A stretch of 45,928 bases of DNA, from positions 309,711 to 355,638 of the forward strand of contig JBNGIO010006265.1 of NCBI GenBank assembly GCA_049999805.1. Reading direction: 5' to 3'. This DNA comes from Folioceros fuciformis. Its lineage: Eukaryota. Under the pieces are notes generated by a model. That model was not told the DNA's origin and did no database searches. It saw nothing but the letters and a program-made list of their open reading frames with translations. Both the position numbers and the translations under genes were made by a program. Below are positions 37,531 to 45,928 of this stretch, piece by piece (within the stretch, counting starts at the first letter, position 1; every line of letters begins with the position of its first letter).

Positions 37531-38424
37531 ATGGCACGACCTCCACGGAGAATGCGCAAAGAAGAAGACAGGGCCTTCCCTAGATTTGATATTCGATTTG
37601 AGGAAATTCCTATTTTGAAGTTTGGTGAAACTTGGGAAGGGTACCCACATGCACCTAGACCCTTTCCAGGAGAGGATGACAAATGGAAAAGGATTGTTCC
37701 TAGTTCCACATGTGTAAGGACCGCAAATGGCTATTATGTTGGTGTGCCTATTATAGCACCTAGGGCATTTCTTAAGTCTGAAAACCATTCACAGATTTTC
37801 TCTTCTGCAAATCAATTGACCAAGTATGTCAGGGAGCATTATCCAGAGCTGAGAGAGTTTGCTCATGAGCTTGCTACTTCATTTCATTGGAAAATACCAT
37901 GTATGAAGAATTATCCAGGACAGATGGTGGCAAGTGAAACTTATGGTCGTCCTTGCATTCTTTTGGGACATGATACACAAGAGGAAGCTAACAAAGTCAT
38001 GCAGTGGAAGAAAAGCCATCCCAAGTCAACAAAGGTGGATGATAGCAATCTTAAAGGCATTTCCAAAGTTGAAAATGATGAATTTGATATAATGTTGGAG
38101 GAGATATTCGCTGGATATGACGAAATAGAACCAAGTGGTTCTTCTCCAAAAAGGATAAAGGAAGAGCATGTCAATGCTTCTAGTGAAACGACTGGAAGAC
38201 ATGCAATCAATGCGCCTTCAACTCTTGGAGTTCCTTCAATTGGAGCCGAAGTAAGTAGTGGTTCCAAGTTGATATCTTCTACTACTAATGAGTGTCTTTC
38301 TATTGAACCAAGCAGTGGTTCCAAGTTGTTACCTTCCACTTTTAATGAGCCTTCTTGTAACACTTTAGAGCTGGAACAAGATTTATGTTCTAATGATTAT
38401 GAGATGGATGAGTTTTTCTGGTAA
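37531..38424 (+). CDS. 297-aa protein with a divergent MBD-like N-terminal domain; paralog B of the inverted pair
   Basis: Intact ORF paralogous to 34601-35482. It shares the upstream acceptor-like context TTTATGATGTAG|G...TTCCATCATGGC, has an internal SSGSKL..ST.NE duplication and ends DEFFW*. Confidence 0.7.
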   Translation: MARPPRRMRKEEDRAFPRFDIRFEEIPILKFGETWEGYPHAPRPFPGEDDKWKRIVPSSTCVRTANGYYVGVPIIAPRAFLKSENHSQIFSSANQLTKYVREHYPELREFAHELATSFHWKIPCMKNYPGQMVASETYGRPCILLGHDTQEEANKVMQWKKSHPKSTKVDDSNLKGISKVENDEFDIMLEEIFAGYDEIEPSGSSPKRIKEEHVNASSETTGRHAINAPSTLGVPSIGAEVSSGSKLISSTTNECLSIEPSSGSKLLPSTFNEPSCNTLELEQDLCSNDYEMDEFFW

Positions 38425-38682
38425 TCCATCTTAAGTTTGTACTTAATGATCTTGTAGCAAACACTTGATCTTCGGAATAATTTCAATCATTGCGACATAC
38501 TATTTTAATCTGCATTGTAGCTTTCTCCAAAATTCTGCGAGTCCTCATGTCTTATCTTGAGCGCAAGAACTTGAGGGGACACCCTACACAAAGGGTGGTG
38601 GTATCTCCGAGACCTCCTAATAGATGTTTTGGTGATGTTCTATGAGAGAAAGCAGAGAAGGGTTCCTGAAGTTAACAAATCA

Positions 38683-40847
38683 GTATTCAACAATGTTCTG
38701 ACCATATGAAGGCAAAAGTGGAACTCTCTCTAGCAACAGGGTCAGCATCAGGATTCGGAAGGGCAGCCTGCCATGGTGCCAAGCACCATGTAGAACCGAC
38801 TTAGCCTCGGAGCGAACTGACGTTGCATTCCACTCCAGCAGAAATTTATCGACAAACGGCCTTAGAATTTTACCATCCTCAGCAGCTAGCTGATCCACAG
38901 CTGCTTTCATATCTATATACATCTTGTCACTTGTAATGATTGAAGTGAAAGCTTCATCACTGCCACCTTTTTTCTTCTTCCTCCCATTCACTGTCTGTGC
39001 TGCTTTCACTGAAGTTACAGCAGCGCCGGACGCGCCAGAAGCGGAGGTTACAGGGTCAGGTAGTTCTGCAGCTGCAAGTTTTGCCGAAGGACCTCCAAGT
39101 TCTTTGCCAGTATAAAACACTAACATCAACAGCTTCAGAGTTTGGACAACAGATTCTTCCCCGAAAGAGAACACCCCATTTAGAAGAAACTGAAGGACAT
39201 CAATATGACGCACACAATATTTTTGCCAATTCCGAGGCCTAGCTACAGCGACATCCACAATAACTGTTAGACACTTCACCAACTTGACGCTCCTTTCATA
39301 CGACACCGGCACCTGAAATCCGCCTGACTTCTGAGCCAACTTGTTACGCCTCGTAACCTCCCGGCTAAGCTGCCAAGCATCACGCACATTGTAATGATGG
39401 CCATTCGTTCCGCACACATGCAACAATAGCTTCCTGGCATACTTTCTGATGAAGGTTGTGTGGGGATTGTTTATGTAGCTACATAATATTTCTTGCCATC
39501 CTTCCAACTTAACCTCTGGACTACAACAACTTCTGGAAGTCTGGTCCTTCTCAGTGCCCTTCTCCAGTTTATCTTGTCGAACAAGACTGTATGCCAGCCG
39601 GAAAGTATTCTCTAGGAGCAGGCGGTGAAAATCCCCAAAAAGATCCCCCCTGTGAGCTTTCGCATATGAATCCGAAAAATATGGAGTGAAGCTTCCGGAT
39701 GCAAACTCACTTGTGGCCGTCAACAGGGCGCCACATGCTGACACCCCTGTGCTGGGTGGGCTCGATTCTGAGGCTCTTTTGGAAATTTTGAAATTGTTAC
39801 TCAGTTGTTGCACAATATTGAGCAGATACGACAAGAAGGGTTGCTGACGCAAGGCAGAGCATGCTTTATCCAACTGCGACCCTCCTTCGTTAGCAGCTTG
39901 ACCCTCACTGGGACAGGGTGAACTTGATCCTGAGAAAGACATCACGACAGTCTCACTGCTTGATGGGGGTAGCTCGGCTCTGAGAGTGCTCTGAACCAGG
40001 CTGGTGCCAGTTCCTTAGCACAAGTGTGAAGAACACAAACACCAAGATGATCACCTCACCAAAATTTGTCCGCACCTTGACCACAAACGGAGCTCACAGA
40101 TCCATCTCTTTCAGGAGCAACTTTATAAGCCTCTCCAGATTTAGACTTCCACGGTCAAGTGTTGGCTCCACCAGTGGCCCTGAAGATGCTGATGCAAGGC
40201 GATAAAATAACTGAATGATAGGAACTGCCTGGGAACCTGAACTTGTCCTCATCCACCCGTGTATATCTTCAACAAGACGATGGAGGACAAAGGAATTTAC
40301 TGCACTTTTGGAGGCAAAAAACACAAACGCTTTTGAGTCATCCAACGCTGCATGGACAAGCCCAGTGCTATCACCGCCTACAACTCCTCCCACGATAGGG
40401 GGGCTGCCAGCGGCCTGTAGGCTGAGTTCTGTTGCCATCTGGAACAAGCTCTCGTCACTCAAATCTGAGTATTGAAGATCACCAGGATCTCCTCCTCCTG
40501 CATCCATCTCTATGGGGATTGCAGACATGGGATGATCCCTGGTATGAGGACGGGGAAGTTGATCTGCATCCATCACTTCATAGCAACCTTCACAGAGGTC
40601 AAAATCATCACAGACATTACAATGCCATCGGCGTCTGAGTATTGGCACTGTTGAACAGCCGTCACAGCAATACTGAACATGTGCAGTGGTTGGATCTTCT
40701 TCCACCATGACTTGGGCAGAGCCACTTGTGCCATGTGCGCCTTCTAGAGGTGATGACGCTGCCCGAGAACTTTCTGCGACATCATCCATGGCCAGCATTG
40801 TTTGCTTTGGAAGGGGTACTTGCAACAACCTTGACGAAATAGCCAGA
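38683..40847 (-). pseudogene. BIG: Internal fragment of auxin transport protein BIG (UBR4) including the ZZ zinc finger; disabled
   Basis: Motifs [100 protein letters not shown] and LPSYGQNIVEY. There is a stop at 40094-40096 and a frameshift near 39960, and no other BIG exons on either side. Confidence 0.88.
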
Positions 40848-41246
40848 CTGCAGAACACAGGTCCAGTCATAAAATTCCATTGTCGAGCATCAGTCATAAG
40901 AGAGACATCATTCCGAGAACTTCATGCATGTTGTATGGAAATTTGCCTCATTTTATATTCTATTTTTCTTTTTTTTTAATACGCTATTCGGTGAAGCATG
41001 TGTATGGAAATTCGATGTGGACAGGACTACAAACTCATGTTTTTTTGGTTGGAATACATATTTTATATGCGAATATTACATGGCATCTAAGGAATATTCC
41101 TCTTCTCTACCTACCATCTACGTATAGCATGGACCAAAAGGGACAGCGTTTTTCTTCATTTTGCTTCATACAAAGTGTCTTTAAAGAAACGTCCCCATTG
41201 GATAGAGTGTGTTAAGATTCGTTTATGGGTGGCACAGCGTTTCGGG

Positions 41247-41311
41247 ACAATCAGGAGCTCTCGCTCTCGTCTACAATCAGGAGCTCTCGCTCTCGTCTAC
41301 AATCAGGAGCT
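41247..41311 (+). repeat. 2.5 copies of a 26-bp tandem repeat ACAATCAGGAGCTCTCGCTCTCGTCT
   Basis: Copies start at 41247, 41273 and 41299. Confidence 0.9.
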
Positions 41312-42239
41312 TCCGTTGTGGTCCGCAATCGGGACATCCTGCTCCCGATTTTGGAACTCCCAGGTGTTCCAGAGGGTCTTCATCGTGATGTGGGGATACA
41401 CTCCGAATGGGAAGGGAGAGGTGGGTTTTGGGGTGTGGGGTTAGGGGTGTGCATGGAGGTGGTGAACGCTGAGGTCTGAAGAAAGGCTCTGAACCGTGAA
41501 TGCTTCCCTAACCCTAACTAACTAAAAAAAAGGAATGAGTGTGAGTGGAGGAGACGGACCGGGACGTGAGGGATAAAACAAAGTAGGTGTCTCGATCGGG
41601 ACACCTACTTTGTGCCCTATGACCAAAGTGGGCACAAACGTTATGTCCAAACTGTTTGCACCATATACCACCACCCTAAAAATTCTGTGAAAGAACCCCT
41701 ATCTGTATCGGTATTCCATACATGTGCTGCATTACATAAACGACTCTTTGACATGTTGATAATTGGAGACTTTATTGTAAAAAGAGATGGGCAAAATTCA
41801 CTTGGCTCAACACTTGGGAGAACAAATCCTTAGGGGGCATAGAAACACAGGGGTCTAAATGTGCTAGATCAGTGACAATGAGTCTTCCAAGCGAAAGGAT
41901 GTTTTCTAGTGTGGTGGAGCAAGAGTGCAGGGAGTTGGAGTGCTATCAGCCATGGGCGGCGCCTTCTTGGTGTAGTACGTTTCCATGGCTACACTAAGTC
42001 CCTTGCCGGGGGGGGGGCCTCAGCAAGTGGTTCTAGGGCTGAGATGGTAGGTGCGCGGAAGTCCACCTAGTTGGAGGGGACGCACCCTCCAAGTCAAAGT
42101 ACGGCTTCTCCTCTAGTAGCAGGGAAGAAGGGGATTAGTCTTGGGCCTTTTGTGGAAGTGGTTATTGAAGCCCGCTTCTTAGAGACGGAGGAAGCTCGAC
42201 TAGCCACAAGTTCAGTGGTGGGGTGACTGACCTCAGGAG

Positions 42240-42860
42240 GCCCTACATCCGTACGAGAATTAGAAGATTGGGTGCAAAAGGCCATTGGATACCTCCCGCT
42301 TTACGTCTTTGTGAAAAAGGACAAATCTTTTCAAGTCAAATGTGATAACGTGACTGGGGCGAAGGCACTGTTGCAAACTACTCTTCTCTTCTGTGAGAAT
42401 ACCCCGGTCCTCTTAGAAGCATGGTCTCCTGGCAGCACCTTAAGGCACTCTACAATCAAGTGTTTCTTTTTATGGTGAGGCTTCCTGCTCTACCTATCCA
42501 ATTTGTACCTTTGATTCGTTTGATCTTGGGAATAGTAGGCAATGTCGTGGAAGCCTTAAAGTGGATTCTTCTTTCTTTGATGCAAGGAGCCCCCTTGTTT
42601 TGGGGTCAGGGTGGATAGCTTAAAAGCTCTACCAATAGGGGTGGTCATCAAAGACCCGGAAGATCCCTCCAGGCTTATTACTCAGCTGTTTGACTACCCT
42701 GGGCTCCTTATTAGGTGTGGAATTTGTGGAGATCAGTCTCACCTAAAACTAAAATGCCCCTTTCTTTTTAGGAGGAGGGGAGATGACAGTGTGGGAGTGA
42801 GGACTCCCCAAGATCCCTTGCCAATCTTTAAAGGGGTTCCACGAGCTTCCAGCCGTTAGG
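42240..42860 (+). mobile_element. Decayed LINE (L1-type) ORF1-like remnant with CCHC zinc knuckle
   Basis: Frameshifted pieces ELEDWVQKAIG..., FMVRLPALPIQFVPLIRLILGIVGNVV and QLFDYPGLLIRCGICGDQSHLKLKCP (Cx2Cx4Hx4C) match the DUF4283/zf-CCHC layout of plant LINE ORF1. Confidence 0.6.
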
Positions 42861-43067
42861 ATTCGGAATCTCTGCACTAGGCTAGTGTAGAGGAAAAAAA
42901 ACTTTCGAGACTCCCATTTTGAAGGACAGTATGCACAGGTTGTGATTTTTTTTGTGAAAATGCAAGTGAAGTGGCTTAGCTTGTGAATAAGACTTGGGTA
43001 TTTATACCCAAAGTCTCCTTGGCCTTTGATGTTTTCACTGGACTGAGCAACAGGACCGAGGAGAAGT

Positions 43068-45100
43068 GTGAGCAAGAGTGTCCTTGGCCTTTCGTGGTCA
43101 GGGCCCTTGCAGATTCGCAAGCATGACTACTTGTCGGACCAAATGCTCCTATTCGTGCACGAGGTCGTCAAAGGCAGTAAGGTGGACTGGGGAAAGATTC
43201 TGTATGCAAGGATGCACGAGGAGAGGCAGAATTTGACCCTGCCTTCTCCTCGACCTTTGATGATCTCCCCATTCCTTGTGCACATTTATTGCTATGCTAA
43301 CCTTCTGCTTGAACTAGAGGTAGTTGCCTCTTTGCACATGTAGAGGCCGTTGAGGGAAGTGAAGTGGAAACCCGCCGAGCTAGAGGAAGCTGACTCCAGT
43401 AGCTGGGAGTCGGAAGGTGGGGCCGCTTCCTGTCTTGGTGACTTGCCCACTAGCTCGTCTCCTTTTGGCAGAAGTCCTCTTCCCTGCCCCCGCCATAGGA
43501 GGTAGCCCCGGAACAGGCTGAATAAGAACCAGAGGCTATCCAAGAGCCAGCAGAGCAAAGACAAGTCGAGGAAGAGCCAGAGGCACCTCAGGAGCATGTG
43601 CCAGAAATGGAGCTGGCCTTGCATGAGGTCATGGCCGAATCAGGGCACGTTCCGGAACAAGAAGCCTTCCCAAGATGGGAAGAAGTTTTTAGGAGAATCG
43701 CTCTGGTGGATAGGCCGCAGGCAGGAGACCTGGAGAGGCTACAAGCGTTGCTGGGGAGGCAGATCACCAAAAGGGGAATAGCCCCTGTAGAGTCGCAGGA
43801 AGTGGATTTGCCGAGACTGACCACAGCAATGGTGCAGGCCTAAGCGGATTTGCTGGACCAGGCGGCCAGGGCGCTGACCTGGCTGAGCATGCAGGCGGAG
43901 AGGGAGGCTGAGGCCCAGAGCAAAGAGGCGGACGCGAGAGGGAAGAAGGCTGAAGCTTGGAGGTAGCTGGCAGAGTCCGAGACGCCACGACGACTCCTAG
44001 AAGAGAGACAACGGGTCCTGAGTGAGGGCAAGGCACAAGTGGAGGAAGAGGCTCGCCAGGTGAGGGTAGAAATACAGGCGTTGAAGGAGCAGTAGGGGAC
44101 ACTCCTGGCTTATTAGGTGAGGGAAGCCCATGACACTAATCTAAAGATGCAACAGGAGATGGCTCAGGCTCAAGAGCAGGAAATGGCTGCAGTGGAACAA
44201 GTCCAGAAGCTAGTCGATAGGAACAAGTGGGAGCGGGATGAGGCTAGAGAGCAGGTGAAGGGGAAGGGCAAGACTGGGCGAGGTAGTCGAACGGCAACGC
44301 CGGAAGCCGAAGGGGCTACCGGTAGTCGAGGGACAATGGAGGTAGCCGAGGAAACCACCGGTAGAAGAGAGACAATGCCAGTAGCGGAAGCCCCGACCTC
44401 GGTTGCCGAAGAGGTGTTGGCGGAGGCTCCTGTGCCCAGACCCTCCAGAAGAGCGACTCGCGCCAAGAGGACTGAGTAGGGGGAAGCAGCAACTGGGGGA
44501 ATGGAGGATCCTCCGGTACCCTAGGAGAGCAGAGGGCAGGCAACCTGAGGTAGCCCAAGGGAGGAAGGGGCAAGCACCTCCTTTGTGACAGAGGGCCGGG
44601 TTGTGCTGCAGTATGAGGAGGAGGCCACTTATGTACCGGGCCTCTATATGGAAGGAGCCCGAGTTTTGAAGTTGTTTTTATGTGTGCGTGTGGGCACTGG
44701 AGGGACGCGGGGCTACGGCCTGCAACTAAGGATCCATAGGGGGCTCTACTACTACCGCTGGCGGGTGTGGGGACTGCCTCAATGCTATTTCTGAGGCAGC
44801 CCTGGAGGAGCTGTCAGAGGAGGAGGCATAGCAGTGGGTTGAGCGGGAACCCATCCTCATCCTCAGCAATTGGCGACGGAGGGAGGAGAGGAGTCCCTTG
44901 CGATGGGACCCACCTACGCCACTGCCAGCGAGGTCCAGCAGCAGCAGCAGCGAGGTGGAGGCCCTCTGAGACGACCTACCCGACTAACGGCAGGGTAGAA
45001 GGGCCAGAGGTGGGCCAATAAGGGGAGGAGCGCGACGGCCAGGAGGAAGGCGGCAGCGGCAAGGAGAGAGGCGATAGTAAATGCAATCTAGGGTAGTTTT
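43068..45100 (+). mobile_element. Decayed transposon-associated ORF(s) with coiled-coil/acidic composition
   Basis: Purine-rich, E/R/A-rich reading frames broken by many TAG/TGA stops, including VDWGKILYARMHEE...SPFLVHIY. No RT or integrase motif seen, so the TE attribution is inferred from context and decay. Confidence 0.4.
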
Positions 45101-45928
45101 TTTTAGATTGCTTTTGCTTTGACCTAAGCCGCTCAGAAATTAAGAGCGCTGACTGACCCCTGACAGACTTTATGGTGGAAAGAACCCGCCACTATCATGT
45201 ACAAGAGGCCAGTTTGGGGCCTCAGGAAATCAGCAAAAACCAGCCCGACATTCCAACCTTGCGGAAGCCTAGCAATGGCCTTTGCTGGATAGGGGGAGGT
45301 CCAGGCAAGCGAGCGCACGTAATGTTCTGAGGGTGTGGTGTGCAAGTGGTGGCTGCTCCGTGATTGGAGTTTCGGGGACGAATCGAGAGGAGGAGCCTCG
45401 CCAAGTGGGAGTTGCGCTCCCTAGCTATCCCCGTGACGGTCTCACAGAGTGCAGAGAGTGTTGGAGGCCAAATCCGCGAGTCTGGAGTGGAAGAGGGTAA
45501 CCCTTCCCTTAGCCTCTGGTGATCCCACCAGTTTCCCCCGATTACAGAGAGAGAAGAAGGCCAAGGACGGGCGAGTTGGAGAAAGAAGCTGAATGACGTG
45601 AGTGGATTGAGAAACGTGAGTGCATGACTTATGGTCTGGAAGTTGAGAATGTGAGAAGGGCGTTGTGGACGTAGGTGACGAGGAAGTGGCGAAGGGTTAA
45701 GTAACTGTGTGCTATGAATGTGAGACTAGGAGAGCCGAAGAACGTATGTTTGTGAAGTGTGAAGGCGGTCCTGAGCGGCTGCTGTCGTGAGGACTGCGTG
45801 TGTGGAAACGACATCGTGGATGCAGGCGACGGGAGAGTGATCACATAGCTGAAGAACCTGAGTGATCGAGGTGTCGGTGTGACTGTGTGTAAGCCATGAG
45901 TTGAGCCGAGAGGTTGTAATTTGAGGGG

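Larger units (their letters stand above)
38592..41677. mobile_element. Putative non-autonomous Pack-type TIR element carrying a BIG gene fragment
   Basis: Perfect 13-bp inverted pair AGGGTGGTGGTAT (38592-38604) / ATACCACCACCCT (41665-41677) brackets the truncated BIG fragment. Subterminal hairpins lie at 41578-41638. No clear TSD and no transposase. Confidence 0.5.

Noticed and set aside
38580-38597. Helitron 3' hairpin (CACCCT-ACACAA-AGGGTG)
   Set aside because: The stem is only 6 bp and there is no convincing CTRR terminus at the expected distance. The sequence is better explained by the inverted-repeat terminus.
38680-40897. Functional BIG gene, or stop codons repaired by RNA editing
   Set aside because: The fragment has a frameshift as well as a stop and lacks the rest of the gene on both sides. 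U-to-C stop removal is an organellar phenomenon and this is nuclear DNA.

Overview
Eukaryotic land-plant nuclear DNA. The very compact genes with mostly ~80-350 nt introns suggest a seed-free plant such as a hornwort or lycophyte; this is inference only. Bases ~2.7-34 kb form a gene-dense, GC-balanced block containing a decayed tandem copy plus an intact AIP2-type RING E3 ligase, mitochondrial acyl carrier protein, pTAC5, complex I subunit NDUFA5/B13, a PRC-barrel protein, MLH1, an intronless orphan ORF, a BTB/POZ protein and PIR/SRA1 (CYFIP). PIR/SRA1 carries an AT-AC (U12-type) intron and two GC-AG introns. At ~34.4 kb the sequence turns AT-rich and mobile-element-like. It contains an inverted, divergently oriented pair of ~295-aa paralogous ORFs with a divergent MBD-like N-terminal domain and an acidic-aromatic C-terminus. 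The pair flanks a spacer with a ~65-bp repeat array and a 25-bp palindromic, alternating (50-bp dimer) array. Next come a ~3.1-kb segment bracketed by 13-bp inverted repeats that carries a disabled internal fragment of BIG/UBR4, and then decayed retroelement ORFs. The inverted MBD-like pair plus palindromic array is the best candidate for an undescribed system. All family assignments come from recognised motifs, not database searches.
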